A DNA stretch of 64,000 bases from Candidatus Nanoarchaeia archaeon (GCA_041653395.1 JBAZFK010000002.1:33215-97214); one strand, 5' to 3'. Counted from the stretch's first letter, positions 1-10,432 are shown. Numbers and translations are program-made. The notes: a model not told the origin generated them from the letters alone.

Positions 1-199
1 GTGTTGGATTGGAATATGAATCCTTGCTTTTAGGGTCAAATCTGCTTTTTCCGGATAGCACTATTTTATTATTTGAAAATGTTTTAATATGGGAATTTTT
101 TGACGAAACTCCAGAATAATAACCTATTAAAATAAGCTTTTTTAAATATCTTTTAATATCTTCAGGATCATTTTTATGTTTTCCCCTAACTAGTGACAT
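1..199 (-). CDS. possible 5' portion of a hypothetical protein. The open frame runs off the window start and begins at the ATG at 199
   Basis: 66 stop-free codons from ATG (plus-strand CAT at 197-199) to position 1. No recognisable motif. Confidence 0.2.
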   Translation of the reverse strand, partial: MSLVRGKHKNDPEDIKRYLKKLILIGYYSGVSSKNSHIKTFSNNKIVLSGKSRFDPKSKDSYSNPT

Positions 200-311
200 G
201 CCAATTTTTTTTCCCTGCTCAAAATTAAGGTCAGAAGAAGCATTTTCGCCAATAACTCTTTTAAGCTCTTTGCTAAGAAACTCATGCACTTTTATTGGAA
301 TTATAACCATT

Positions 312-836
312 TCAATTTTGTTTTTTGATTCTGAACTCACAGCAATCATCACCTCTTGCCAAGCATTTTACTTCATTGCATAAAAACCCCTTATATTCCG
401 AATAGCTTAGTATTTTTTTAATAAACCCTTCAATAAAGCTGCATACACAATAATTTTTTATTGAATGGTTTTTTGATTGCAATGTCCACTCACAAGTCAA
501 TATTGCAGAATCCTCACTCAATTTCAGACTTTTCATTTTAATCCATTTTCTTTGCTCTGCAAATTCTGTAAATTCCTTTATTATTCCTACATAGTTCTTG
601 TTTCTTATTTTTCTTTCTTTTGCCATTAATTCAGCGCTCATTTCTCCATAATTAAAAAAAAGTAAAAGCGCAGCTTTTCCAGTATATTTTTCTAGTATTT
701 CCTGACTCAATGAAAATGTTTCAACTCTCATGATTCTTGAATTCTTGAATTTGTTAAAACTGTTTTTTAAAACAGCTGTGGAAGCATCCAAGAAAAAATC
801 TAAACTTATGACTTTTTCAACAAAATCCAAATTCAT
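312..836 (-). CDS. hypothetical protein, possibly V4R-like with a C-terminal Cys cluster
   Basis: 174-aa ORF. C-terminal CxxxxxC...CC pattern. Weak resemblance only. Confidence 0.35.
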   Translation of the reverse strand: MNLDFVEKVISLDFFLDASTAVLKNSFNKFKNSRIMRVETFSLSQEILEKYTGKAALLLFFNYGEMSAELMAKERKIRNKNYVGIIKEFTEFAEQRKWIKMKSLKLSEDSAILTCEWTLQSKNHSIKNYCVCSFIEGFIKKILSYSEYKGFLCNEVKCLARGDDCCEFRIKKQN

Positions 837-869
837 ACATTAATTTAATGTTACTAATAAATTATAAAC

Positions 870-2114
870 TTATTGAAAAAAATTGCTTAAAACCAAATTT
901 CTAACCTCAATATGCCTGTTAATATTTTTTAAATATAATTTATCATCATAACCTTTGAATTCTTCAAGGTATCCTTTTTCATAAGATTTATACAAATATT
1001 CATCATGATATTTTAATATTTTGCTTGAAATTATTTTATCAATAAAATTAATTCTTTTGTGTCTTGAATAAGTAATTGAATCTATTCCATTTCCTGCTCC
1101 GCCAGGTATAAAAATTATTGGCTTAAAACCTTTCTCAATCAATATTTTTTGCCTATACAAATTTTCGGCATTTTGTGGCATTTTTGTTTGAAGCATTCTA
1201 GTGTTTTTATTAGATTTAAGGATTGATTCAAGTAGGCTTTTAAAGAATGAATCCTTGGTACAGTTTGAAAAATCCAAATAAGATGAATTGTCATTAATGT
1301 TTTTTAATGCATAAGCCCACTCATTTTCTTGGGTTCTAAATGCCTGCTTTGTTTGGTAAAACAATGCATCAACCGGTTCGGCTTTTAAAATCTGAACATG
1401 GCTTTTTATTTCTTTATATTCTTGAGGCATTTTAACTTTTGGAGGACTTATTCCCGCAAATGATGAAACCCTTTCAGCCAAAGGAAAGACTTCAGCCAAA
1501 GAACAATTATCCTTTCTCAAAGGCCTATTGTCTTCACAAGTTATTTCATCTTTTCTGTAATAATGATTCCTGTCAAACATGCATGCATCCAAATCCCCTT
1601 TAAATTCCTTAAACTTGAATTTTGGAGTCTGTATAAGTATATGATTTGGAGCATATCCTATTGGAAAAGCATCTGTTGCAGCAGTATGGGATAAAACTTG
1701 GGGAGAAAATATTATTGGCTCAGCAATAACTCTATAAATCTTAGGATTATTCAAAAACTCCAAAACAGCATTGCTTAAATAATCCCCCATTGATAAAGTA
1801 TAATTTTTTTTCTCTTTTCTTGCGCTAATTGTATTTACCAAGGCTTTGATTTCAAGTTCATTTCCTTCTAAATATCCCATTAATGAAGAAAGAGGAGTGT
1901 TATTTTTTTCTATATAATCCCAAAAAACGGATTTGGAATGGTTTTTGGTTGAGTTGATAATTTCTTTAGGATGATATACAAAATCATGAGGATAAAACCC
2001 TCTCCCTTTTTTAGGATTAAAAAAATATCCATCTCTATAGATTTCTGAAACTCGCAAGGAATATTCATTGACATTATTTTCATCTAATCTAGTTACCTTA
2101 ATAACATCTTTCAC
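870..2114 (-). CDS. hypothetical protein
   Basis: 414-aa ORF with coding-like composition. No confident motif. Confidence 0.45.
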   Translation of the reverse strand: MKDVIKVTRLDENNVNEYSLRVSEIYRDGYFFNPKKGRGFYPHDFVYHPKEIINSTKNHSKSVFWDYIEKNNTPLSSLMGYLEGNELEIKALVNTISARKEKKNYTLSMGDYLSNAVLEFLNNPKIYRVIAEPIIFSPQVLSHTAATDAFPIGYAPNHILIQTPKFKFKEFKGDLDACMFDRNHYYRKDEITCEDNRPLRKDNCSLAEVFPLAERVSSFAGISPPKVKMPQEYKEIKSHVQILKAEPVDALFYQTKQAFRTQENEWAYALKNINDNSSYLDFSNCTKDSFFKSLLESILKSNKNTRMLQTKMPQNAENLYRQKILIEKGFKPIIFIPGGAGNGIDSITYSRHKRINFIDKIISSKILKYHDEYLYKSYEKGYLEEFKGYDDKLYLKNINRHIEVRNLVLSNFFQ

Positions 2115-2260
2115 TTATAATATGTATATAATTCTATTTAAATATTCTTTTATTTTTGGACTTTTTAAAAACGAACAAAAAAAACAGAAAAGAATTTTAC
2201 AAGTTTATTCTTAAAGATTCATAAAAAACTATAAAAACCAAGAGATAATTAGTTTAATTC

Positions 2261-2659
2261 ATGGCAACAATACTAATTGTTGATGATGACGAAAAAATAA
2301 GGGCAGTATTGGAGATTTTTTTGAAATCAAAAAATCACAAAATATTAAGCGCTGATAATGGAAAAATTGCAATAAATGTTTTAAAAAAAATGCAGCAAAT
2401 GCCTGATTTAATAATTATGGATGTAATGATGCCCGAACTTGATGGATATAGCACAAGTAGAATAATAAGAAAAGAGATAACAAAAACAGTTCCAATATTA
2501 TTCTTAACAGTTAGGGATTCAAGTAATGATTTAGTGACCGGCTTTGATGCAGGTGGCACTGAATTCATGACAAAGCCTTTTGAATATGAAAAACTTGAAG
2601 CAGTAATTAAAAAGCTTTTATCCTCACCATCCAGCCAAAAAAGAATAATGAGATATTAA
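2261..2659 (+). CDS. response regulator receiver (CheY-like REC) protein
   Basis: LIVDDDE acidic pocket, phospho-acceptor context IIMDVMMPELDG, downstream T (LTVRD) and K (MTKPF) of the REC fold. Stop overlaps the start of the kinase gene (TAAATG). Confidence 0.85.
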   Translation: MATILIVDDDEKIRAVLEIFLKSKNHKILSADNGKIAINVLKKMQQMPDLIIMDVMMPELDGYSTSRIIRKEITKTVPILFLTVRDSSNDLVTGFDAGGTEFMTKPFEYEKLEAVIKKLLSSPSSQKRIMRY

Positions 2660-4348
2660 ATGAAAAATGATTCCGACTTTGAAAAAGTAAATAAGATACT
2701 AAAATCTTTAATTCAAGGAAAAGATATAAAAATTGAAGACACCAAAAATGAAATATATTTTAATCTTAATATAATATCTAAAAAACTTCAGGAAAATAAA
2801 GAAAATCTCAACAAGATAGTTAATTTTAATGAAAAAATAGTTGAAAATGCATTAACAGAATCAAAAGAAAAATTAGCAATAGTTTTCGAATCTTCAAGAG
2901 ATGGAATAGTAATACTTAATAAAAATTCTGAAATAATTGAAATAAACAACAGGCTTACTGAAATAATGGAATACAAAAAAAATGAAATATTAGGCAAAAA
3001 AATCTCACAACTCAAGTCTTTCAAAAAAAATGATTTAAATGAAATGAAGAAAGATTTTTTGGAAATACTCTCAGGGAAAAAATATATTGTAAAAGAATAT
3101 GTAATACACACAAAAAACGGAAAAGAATTAAGCGTTGAAATCCACTCTTCTTCAATAAAAAAAGGGGATGAAGTAACTGGGGTTGCAAGCATTTTAAGGG
3201 ACATAACTGAACAAAAAACTGCAGAAATTGCGCTTAAAAAAAGTGAAGAAAAATTTAAAAACCAATTTCTTTACTATAAAGAAATTGATGATATAAAAAA
3301 TGATTTTATAAGTTTACTGAGTCATGAATTAAAAAGCCCATTAGTTCCAATAATAAGCTATTCTGATTTATTCTTAACAAAAATACTTGGGCCTATAAAC
3401 ACTGAGCAAAAAAAAGCAATATTATCAATTAAAGAAAGTGCTCAAGAATTGCTTAATATGATTGAAGAAATACTTGATATAAGTAGAATAGAAAGAGACA
3501 CAATGAAATATTATTATTCAGATGTTGAAATCAACCAATTAATAAATGAAATTATTAATTCAGAAAAAGGATTTGCTTCAAGTAAAGGATTAAAAATAAT
3601 ATACAAACAAACAAGTAAAAACTTAGTCATTAATACTGACAAGACAAAATTATCAAGAGTTATACATAATTTGTTAAATAATGCCATTAAATTCACAGAA
3701 AAAGGGGGCATAGAAATAAATGTTTTAAAAGAAAAAAATGATTTAATAATAAAAGTAAAAGATTCAGGTATTGGTATTTCTGAGGATAAAAAAGATAAGA
3801 TATTTACAAAATTTTTTCAAATAGATTCATCATTATCAAGAAAATATAAAGGAACAGGAATAGGATTATACAATACTAAAATAGTTGTTGAAAATTTAAA
3901 CGGAAAAATTTCTTTTGAAAGCAAAAAAAACAAGGGAACAACTTTTATTGTCAAACTTCCAATAAAACCAGCCCCCGAAAACAACGTTATTGCAATAATA
4001 GGCGCAAGCCCAAACAAAAGCAGAATGAGCAATAAAGCCATAAGAGCTTATTTAAAAAAAGGATTCAAGGTTTTTCCAATAAACCCCAAATATTCAGAGA
4101 TTGAAGGGCTAAAAGTTTACCCTTCACTTAAAGCCCTTAGCATAAAACCTAAAATAATAAGCGTTTATACAAACCCTGAAATCACTGAAACTTTAATTGA
4201 GGATATTGTAAAAATTGGGCCAAAAAAAGTGTTTTTCAATCCAGGCTCAACAGACAAGCAACTCCTGCAGGAGCTTGACAAAACAAAGCTTAACTATGAA
4301 AGATTATGCAGCATAATGGCATTAGGGGAAAATCCTCAAGATTACTAA
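2660..4348 (+). CDS. sensor histidine kinase (PAS, HisKA, HATPase) with a C-terminal CoA-binding (CoA_binding_2/YccU-like) domain
   Basis: H-box LSHELKSPL, N-box LLNNAIKFT, G1 DSGIGI, G2 GTGIGL. C-terminal ~125 aa IGASPNKSRMSNKAIRAYLKKGFKVFPINPK...GSTD is a typical small CoA-binding Rossmann domain. Confidence 0.8.
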   Translation: MKNDSDFEKVNKILKSLIQGKDIKIEDTKNEIYFNLNIISKKLQENKENLNKIVNFNEKIVENALTESKEKLAIVFESSRDGIVILNKNSEIIEINNRLTEIMEYKKNEILGKKISQLKSFKKNDLNEMKKDFLEILSGKKYIVKEYVIHTKNGKELSVEIHSSSIKKGDEVTGVASILRDITEQKTAEIALKKSEEKFKNQFLYYKEIDDIKNDFISLLSHELKSPLVPIISYSDLFLTKILGPINTEQKKAILSIKESAQELLNMIEEILDISRIERDTMKYYYSDVEINQLINEIINSEKGFASSKGLKIIYKQTSKNLVINTDKTKLSRVIHNLLNNAIKFTEKGGIEINVLKEKNDLIIKVKDSGIGISEDKKDKIFTKFFQIDSSLSRKYKGTGIGLYNTKIVVENLNGKISFESKKNKGTTFIVKLPIKPAPENNVIAIIGASPNKSRMSNKAIRAYLKKGFKVFPINPKYSEIEGLKVYPSLKALSIKPKIISVYTNPEITETLIEDIVKIGPKKVFFNPGSTDKQLLQELDKTKLNYERLCSIMALGENPQDY

Positions 4349-4382
4349 ACAATTTTAAATTATAATAAATACTATAATACTT

Positions 4383-5156
4383 ATGAATAAGGAGCTGGAA
4401 AACAAAATAAAAGAAGATATAAAAAAATCAGGATTTCCGCTGGAAATTGATTCCTCAATTGAGCTAAACAAAAAAGGCTGGAGTGTTGTAAACAGCTCAA
4501 GATATTATGATGAGAACAAGAAAGATTACTCTGAAATAGACATTGTTGCCACAAAAGACCAGGGAATAAAAGGAGTAAAAAATATTCTAATAATTGAATG
4601 CAAAAAATTTAGTGAAGGCCAATGGGTTTTTTTCAAGCAAGAGATAAGCAAGCCAAGCGTTTATAACCTAAACATTGTTGAAAATGGCAGGAATATCTCT
4701 TCATACAGCTGGTTTGACAAGAACTTGATGGCAAATCATCATTATTCAAAAAATCCAGTATGCACATACTCAATAGTTCCCCACACTAAAGGCAAAGGTG
4801 AAGTGAATGAGAAAAAGCAAAGAATGATTTATAATGCAGTAAGCCAAGTTGTCAATGCATTAATGTTTTATTTGATCAGGGACAACAAAATGCTTAATCA
4901 GAACAACATTAATGATATTTACTTATTGTATCCAGTTATTATTTTTGACGGCCCATTATTTTCAGCCCAAATGAAAGATGATGAGATTATATTAAAGGAG
5001 GAGAATCATGTGCAATTGCTTTTCTCGCTGCAGCTGAATACTCCATTTCAGATACAATGGGACTATAAAAGCAGGAAAGTAATAAAACAAAAAAACATCA
5101 TAATAGACATTGTCAAAAAAGAATACTTGAACGAATATCTAAAAAATTTTAATTGA
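4383..5156 (+). CDS. hypothetical protein with a PD-(D/E)xK nuclease-like motif
   Basis: EIDIV...IIECKK arrangement (D...ExK) resembles the restriction-endonuclease-like fold. Confidence 0.4.
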   Translation: MNKELENKIKEDIKKSGFPLEIDSSIELNKKGWSVVNSSRYYDENKKDYSEIDIVATKDQGIKGVKNILIIECKKFSEGQWVFFKQEISKPSVYNLNIVENGRNISSYSWFDKNLMANHHYSKNPVCTYSIVPHTKGKGEVNEKKQRMIYNAVSQVVNALMFYLIRDNKMLNQNNINDIYLLYPVIIFDGPLFSAQMKDDEIILKEENHVQLLFSLQLNTPFQIQWDYKSRKVIKQKNIIIDIVKKEYLNEYLKNFN

Positions 5157-5164
5157 TGATTTTT

Positions 5165-5497
5165 TCAGGCATTAAGCGCTGAAATGTTTGCCACTTTTTC
5201 TTTTTTAGAAACAGTGATAGTGCTTTGCTTTTCAAGGAACCTGTAATATTCTTCAGTTTTTTTGTCGGACAAGTCATATTTTAGCTTAATCCATATTTTT
5301 ATGATTTCGCTAGTTGGCATCATTCCTTGGGTTTCATAATATTTTTGAATGTCAGCTTTAACAATGTTTATTCTTTCAACCTTATTTTCAGCAGGGTTTC
5401 TTCTGCAGAAAATGCAGGTCTTAATTCTGCTGACATTTTTTGGAATATAAGGTATTTTGCATCTTTTGCATCTGACTAAATAATCCCGAAAAACCAT
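5165..5497 (-). CDS. zinc-ribbon hypothetical protein
   Basis: N-terminal CKRCK...CIFC pattern. Confidence 0.4.
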   Translation of the reverse strand: MVFRDYLVRCKRCKIPYIPKNVSRIKTCIFCRRNPAENKVERINIVKADIQKYYETQGMMPTSEIIKIWIKLKYDLSDKKTEEYYRFLEKQSTITVSKKEKVANISALNA

Positions 5498-5558
5498 ACT
5501 TAAAGATTACAGAATTCTTTATAAAAAGCTTTCGCAAAAAATTGTTACTCCTTAACAA

Positions 5559-6128
5559 TTAATATATGCCTTTTATGGAAATATCCTTTAAAGTGTATTT
5601 ATTTATTAAATGTTTAACCCTATTTACAATCTCTTTATTTGCCAACTCCCCTTTTGAGACATTAATAGTTATGCGCACTTTTTTTGAAAACAATAAAGAA
5701 ACTTTGTTCGAAAAATCCTGCACTGAAAAAAATTTATCAAAATTATTGATCTTAAGAAATACTGAAGCAAATAAGTCTGATGAATAACTCGCTTTTTGAT
5801 TCTTAATGATAAAAATGGATGCATCTATAACCTCTTTCCATTCAATCAAGCCGAATTTGCTGAAAATTCCACTGCTGTTTATAACTAATGCAGGAACCTT
5901 TTTTTTCATATTATTTAATGCTTTAATACTTGTAATAAAAAGAGGCAAGCCTCCAAGTATTAACATTATTGAAAATACATACTCTGCAATTGCAATTGGC
6001 AAACTATAAACTATTGAATTACACTTTGAAATTATCAAAAAACTTCCTAGAACTATTAACATTATAGAGGCTAAAAAATAAAAAAAACTGTTTATATTAT
6101 ACTCAATAATTAATTCATCATTATCCAT
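5559..6128 (-). CDS. hypothetical membrane protein
   Basis: multiple hydrophobic helices. Confidence 0.4.
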   Translation of the reverse strand: MDNDELIIEYNINSFFYFLASIMLIVLGSFLIISKCNSIVYSLPIAIAEYVFSIMLILGGLPLFITSIKALNNMKKKVPALVINSSGIFSKFGLIEWKEVIDASIFIIKNQKASYSSDLFASVFLKINNFDKFFSVQDFSNKVSLLFSKKVRITINVSKGELANKEIVNRVKHLINKYTLKDISIKGIY

Positions 6129-6235
6129 TCATTTTTTTAATTACTAATAATATATAAATAAGTATTGCAAAAAATGTTACCACTCACTAATTAAACAACA
6201 CCTTTTTTAAAAAAATAAATGCTAATATATTTATA

Positions 6236-6916
6236 ATGAATCATTATTACGAAAAAGTTTTGCATTCAATGAAAAATACTAAAAGATATGAATCAAGAAT
6301 AGGATGCCTTCACGAAGCCCTGCCATGCCACTGCTTTTCATTAATAGAGCTAGCTGAGCTTTATCACTCAAAATATGAGCTTAATTTAGATGTTAATGTC
6401 GCAAAAAACATTGCGCAAAATCATGATTTAGGTGAGTATTTGAAAGGAGACATTGATGCTGGAAAAATAGCTCATGGCAAAGTTTCTGAAAAAGAAAAGC
6501 ATGAACAAGAACTAGCTGCATGGGCTGAGATTAAAAAATTAGTTCCTGAAAAATTATACGAACAAAAATATGCTTATTGGGAAATGTTTGAAAAATTAGA
6601 CACATTAGAAGCAAAATATGTGAAATCACTTGACAAATTAGAAGCAATCTTATACATGTGCGAGATTGGAGCTGAAGGTTTTATCAATAAAGAAATTGAC
6701 AACGCTTGCGGAATGGATGAAAAAGACTATGATTTAACTGCCAAGTATATGGATGAAGCTTTTAATAATTTTTTATTAGCAATTAAAATTAAAGAAAATC
6801 CAGGTGATTTGAATGGCTTTTTAGGAGAGTTAAAACATGTCAAAGAAAAATTAAAACTAATCTATGAAAAAGTCAAAGCTCCATGGAAAGAAGAATACAA
6901 TTATGGAATGGAATAA
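6236..6916 (+). CDS. HD-domain phosphohydrolase (YfbR-like)
   Basis: H...HD...D spacing: LHEALPCH ... AQNHDLGE ... D. Confidence 0.55.
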   Translation: MNHYYEKVLHSMKNTKRYESRIGCLHEALPCHCFSLIELAELYHSKYELNLDVNVAKNIAQNHDLGEYLKGDIDAGKIAHGKVSEKEKHEQELAAWAEIKKLVPEKLYEQKYAYWEMFEKLDTLEAKYVKSLDKLEAILYMCEIGAEGFINKEIDNACGMDEKDYDLTAKYMDEAFNNFLLAIKIKENPGDLNGFLGELKHVKEKLKLIYEKVKAPWKEEYNYGME

Positions 6917-7109
6917 ATTATTAAATATCTCCTAATTAATCTAAACATATGGCAATAAACAAGGAATGGCATCTAAAGAATAAGATGCCTGATAAAGCAA
7001 CATTTGAGCAAAGGCTGAAATGGCATATTGAGCACAACAATAATTGCTCATGCCACCCAGGGCTGCCGAAAAAACTAGTGCAAGAGGCAAAAAAGAAAGG
7101 TGTAAAGAT

Positions 7110-7460
7110 ATGAATAATTTAGTTGATGAATACATTGGCAAGCAAAACTCCATGCAAAAAAAGATACTGAAAGAATTAAGAGAATTAATCAAGAAATCTT
7201 TGCCTACTATTAGTGAAGAAATGAAAGGTGGTGTACCATGTTATGGAGTCAGCCCAAAAACACCCTATGGCATTTGCTACATTGTGGGATTAAAAGACCA
7301 TGTTAACATTGGATTCTTAACAATCAATTTGAACTCTGAAGAGCTTAAATTATTAAAAGGCAACGGCAAAACAATGAGACCTATAGAAATTAACTCCTTA
7401 AAAGAGCTAAATAAGGAAGAGATTACAAAATTATTACAATCTGTAAATAAAAAAAATTAA
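7110..7460 (+). CDS. DUF1801 (YdhG-like) domain protein
   Basis: Start adjusted to the internal ATG at 7110 (MNNLVDEY) preceded by aaaggtg. Matches the conserved YdhG-like core. The longer 7044 start overlaps an antisense ORF. Confidence 0.5.
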   Translation: MNNLVDEYIGKQNSMQKKILKELRELIKKSLPTISEEMKGGVPCYGVSPKTPYGICYIVGLKDHVNIGFLTINLNSEELKLLKGNGKTMRPIEINSLKELNKEEITKLLQSVNKKN

Positions 7461-7469
7461 TTAACCAAA

Positions 7470-7742
7470 TTACTTGGTTAATTTTTTAGCGCTATTTTCA
7501 AGCAACAAAGCCATTTTTTTCAAATTATTAGAAACATCTGACTTGATTTTTTTAATAGCCTTTCCTTCAGAGTACTTAATCTTGATTTTTCCAAACTGGG
7601 TTGTCAAATTATTCTTTAAGATATTATATTCTTTCTCTAATTTTTTTATATTATTCTTAATTTCTGCTTCTTTAGGATTTGGCTTAATTGTTTTTTTGCC
7701 TAAAACTTTTTTTTTAATCATTGTTTTCTTTTTAGTAACCAT
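7470..7742 (-). CDS. lysine-rich small hypothetical protein
   Basis: 90 aa, about 30% Lys, coiled-coil like. Confidence 0.35.
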   Translation of the reverse strand: MVTKKKTMIKKKVLGKKTIKPNPKEAEIKNNIKKLEKEYNILKNNLTTQFGKIKIKYSEGKAIKKIKSDVSNNLKKMALLLENSAKKLTK

Positions 7743-7781
7743 AGATAAAATAAGCAGTTGTTAATATTTAAATTTAATTAA

Positions 7782-8156
7782 TTATTTTATTTTATCTGAA
7801 AAATCAAGTTGATAATCAGGAATGCCTAAAGATAATCCATACTTAATGACATTATTATACTCATTTTTAGTTCTATTAATTTTGAAGACTTTATTTTTAA
7901 AAATAATAAAATGAATTAAGTCATTTTTGAAATCACTATACCAGTTGTGCTCATAATCTAATGACTCGCTTAATTTTTTAGCAACTAAATCAGCAAATTT
8001 TTCTTTAACAAGTATTGTGTGCAGAGTCCACTTTTTAATCCAAGGAGTCTTGTGCTCACTAGTAACTTTTTCAACTTTAGTGTCAATAATTTTAATTAAT
8101 TTAAGGACTCCTTTATTATCTAAGCTTTCTTCAATAATTACTCCAATAAAATCCAT
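7782..8156 (-). CDS. hypothetical protein
   Basis: 124-aa ORF immediately downstream of radA, 2-nt gap. Confidence 0.4.
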   Translation of the reverse strand: MDFIGVIIEESLDNKGVLKLIKIIDTKVEKVTSEHKTPWIKKWTLHTILVKEKFADLVAKKLSESLDYEHNWYSDFKNDLIHFIIFKNKVFKINRTKNEYNNVIKYGLSLGIPDYQLDFSDKIK

Positions 8157-8158
8157 TA

Positions 8159-9193
8159 TTAATCCCTTATGCCTTCAGGAGTTACTCTAAAGACGCATTC
8201 AGCTTCTGGCAAGCAGGGTGAGTCTATCATTCTTGCAACCCTTTTGTCGCCCTTGCTTTTTCTTAAATATACTCTAAAAGTGCTAGCATGGCCCACAATA
8301 TTTCCTCCAATAGCAGCAGTTGGGTCACCAAAGAAAACATCAGGCCTGCTCATAACCTGATTAGTAATATAAACAGCTAGATTATACCTATCTGATAATC
8401 TTTGTAAATCATGCAAGTGTCTGTTAAGCTTTTGCTGCCTGTCTGCCAGTGTGCCTCGTCCAGCGTACTCGCTTCTAAATAAGCCCATTAGGCTGTCAAC
8501 AATAACCAATTTTACTGGAACTTTTTCCTTTTCAATTAAATCGCTGACTCTTTCAACTAACAGCATTTGATGATCAGAAGAGTAAGCTCTTGCAACTTTA
8601 ATTTTGCTTAGTGCAGTTTTAACATCCATTCCTAAGCTCTCAGCTAATTGCACTATTCTTTCAGGCCTGAAAGTATTTTCAGTGTCAATGATTACAGCAT
8701 AACCATCTAACCCTCCCTTATCTTTAGGCAGCTGAACATTTAATGCCAATTGAAGAGCTATCTGTGTCTTTCCTGAGCCGAATTGGCCAAAACACTCAGT
8801 TAAAGCTTGGGTTTCAATTCCTCCTCCAAATAAATTATTCAGCTCAACGCTCTGGAATTTAATCTTTCCAATTTCATCCCTTCTTGCAAGCAAAGTGTCC
8901 CCTCCAATGAAACCCATTTTAAGAGCGCTTCTTGCAGCAGTTATAATCTTAGTAGCAGTAGCTGAGCCTAGCTCTGTTGCTTCAGCAATTAATGAAGCTG
9001 GAGTTACAGCTATGCTCATTAAATCATTAAATCCTGCTTCCCTTAGTTTTTCAGCAGTTTTTTCGCCAACACCAGGCAGTTCTTCAATGCATTTAATGTC
9101 TGATTTTACCTCATCGCTTCTTTCATCAAGCTCTTTTTCAATGCATTCAGGATCATTTTCTTCAATTACTTCAGCAGTATCTTTTTTTTTCAT
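8159..9193 (-). CDS. radA: DNA repair and recombination protein RadA
   Basis: N-terminal HhH LPGVGEKTAEKLREAGF, Walker A GQFGSGKTQ, and RadA/Rad51-type core through C-terminal FRVTPEGI. Confidence 0.95.
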   Translation of the reverse strand: MKKKDTAEVIEENDPECIEKELDERSDEVKSDIKCIEELPGVGEKTAEKLREAGFNDLMSIAVTPASLIAEATELGSATATKIITAARSALKMGFIGGDTLLARRDEIGKIKFQSVELNNLFGGGIETQALTECFGQFGSGKTQIALQLALNVQLPKDKGGLDGYAVIIDTENTFRPERIVQLAESLGMDVKTALSKIKVARAYSSDHQMLLVERVSDLIEKEKVPVKLVIVDSLMGLFRSEYAGRGTLADRQQKLNRHLHDLQRLSDRYNLAVYITNQVMSRPDVFFGDPTAAIGGNIVGHASTFRVYLRKSKGDKRVARMIDSPCLPEAECVFRVTPEGIRD

Positions 9194-9313
9194 AAAAGAA
9201 TAGTATCAGATGTTTATTAAAATCCTTTTGGATAACCTTTCCCCTAATATTTTAAGGAGATTTAAGGAATCTTTATCTTAAATATTATTTAAATAAGATT
9301 TATTCAATATATT

Positions 9314-10432
9314 ATGAGTACTTTAGAAAAATTAAGAATCTTAGGCGAGGCTGGAAAATATGATATTTGCGCAAGCAGCTCAAGCAAAAGAGCAACATCC
9401 ACCACAGGAATAGGCAATCCATCAAGCCCAGGAATATGCAATAGTTTCACTCCGGACGGCAGGTGCATAACATTATTTAAAGTTTTATTTTCCAATTCTT
9501 GCACGCATGACTGCAAATATTGCCAAAATAGCAATAATTGCAATAAGCAAAAAGCCATATTTGAACCTGAAGAATTAGCAAAAATTTTCATGAACTTATA
9601 TGTTAAAAATTATGTTGAAGGATTTTTTTTAAGCAGCGGAATAATAAAAAATGCAGATTATACAATGGAATTAATGCTAGATTGCGTCAGATTACTTCGA
9701 AGTAAATACTTATACAATGGATATATTCATCTTAAAATTATTCCAGGAGCAAGCAGGGAAAAAATCAAGCAAGCAGCAGAATTAGCAGATAGATTAAGCC
9801 TTAACCTAGAAGTTCCAAACAAATCAAGCATGAGAGAGATAAGCACTGTAAAAGACTACAAATTAGACATAATCAAAAGGTTCAGATACATGAAAAAATT
9901 AGACTTGCCCAGTGGCTCAACAACACAATTTGTTGTAGGAAGCGCTGATGACACTGATTATAGAATAATGAAAAGGGTTAACTGGATGTATAGCAATATG
10001 AACCTAAAAAGAGCATATTTTAGCGCTTTTATCCCAATAAAAAACACAGCTTTTGAAAATAAGATAAAAGAGAAATTAGACAGGGAGCATAGGCTTTACC
10101 AGACTGATTTCTTGATGAGAAAATATAATATTGGATTCTCAGAGATAAAGCAAATTTTTGAAGATGAAATGATGCCTCATGAGGACCCTAAAATATTGCT
10201 AGCAAATAAGCTTTTAAAAAAAGCTGTCAATATAAACTCAGACAATTATGATTTACTCTTGAAAGTTCCAGGTATTGGTCCAATCAGCGCAAAAAGAATT
10301 ATTGATTGCAGAAAAAATGCAAAAATAAAAAGCATTGATGCTTTGAAGCAATTAGGGGTTATTGTAAAAAGAGCAAGAAACTATATTGAAATCAATAATA
10401 ATTACCAGTCAAAAATAGGTGAATATAATTGA
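9314..10432 (+). CDS. radical SAM protein with C-terminal HhH, putative DNA modification/repair radical-SAM family (TIGR03916-like)
   Basis: CTHDCKYC (Cx3Cx2C) cluster. C-terminal VPGIGPISAKRII helix-hairpin-helix. Paired with a DUF4130-like gene. Confidence 0.65.
   Translation: MSTLEKLRILGEAGKYDICASSSSKRATSTTGIGNPSSPGICNSFTPDGRCITLFKVLFSNSCTHDCKYCQNSNNCNKQKAIFEPEELAKIFMNLYVKNYVEGFFLSSGIIKNADYTMELMLDCVRLLRSKYLYNGYIHLKIIPGASREKIKQAAELADRLSLNLEVPNKSSMREISTVKDYKLDIIKRFRYMKKLDLPSGSTTQFVVGSADDTDYRIMKRVNWMYSNMNLKRAYFSAFIPIKNTAFENKIKEKLDREHRLYQTDFLMRKYNIGFSEIKQIFEDEMMPHEDPKILLANKLLKKAVNINSDNYDLLLKVPGIGPISAKRIIDCRKNAKIKSIDALKQLGVIVKRARNYIEINNNYQSKIGEYN

Noticed and set aside
198-383. ORF 198..383 (+), 61 aa
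   Set aside because: It overlaps the 3' end of the longer minus-strand gene 312..836 and the putative partial gene at 1..199. It has low-complexity composition and no start context.
2335-4041. Antisense ORFs inside the response regulator and histidine kinase genes (2335..2568, 2788..3204, 3514..3711, 3817..4041)
   Set aside because: They lie entirely within well-supported genes on the opposite strand. They are typical AT-rich antisense open frames.
6941-7192. ORF 6941..7192 (-), and the long 7044 start of the DUF1801 gene
   Set aside because: The antisense ORF overlaps the DUF1801 gene. The DUF1801 homology starts at the internal ATG at 7110, which has a purine-rich upstream segment. The 7044 extension is probably not translated.
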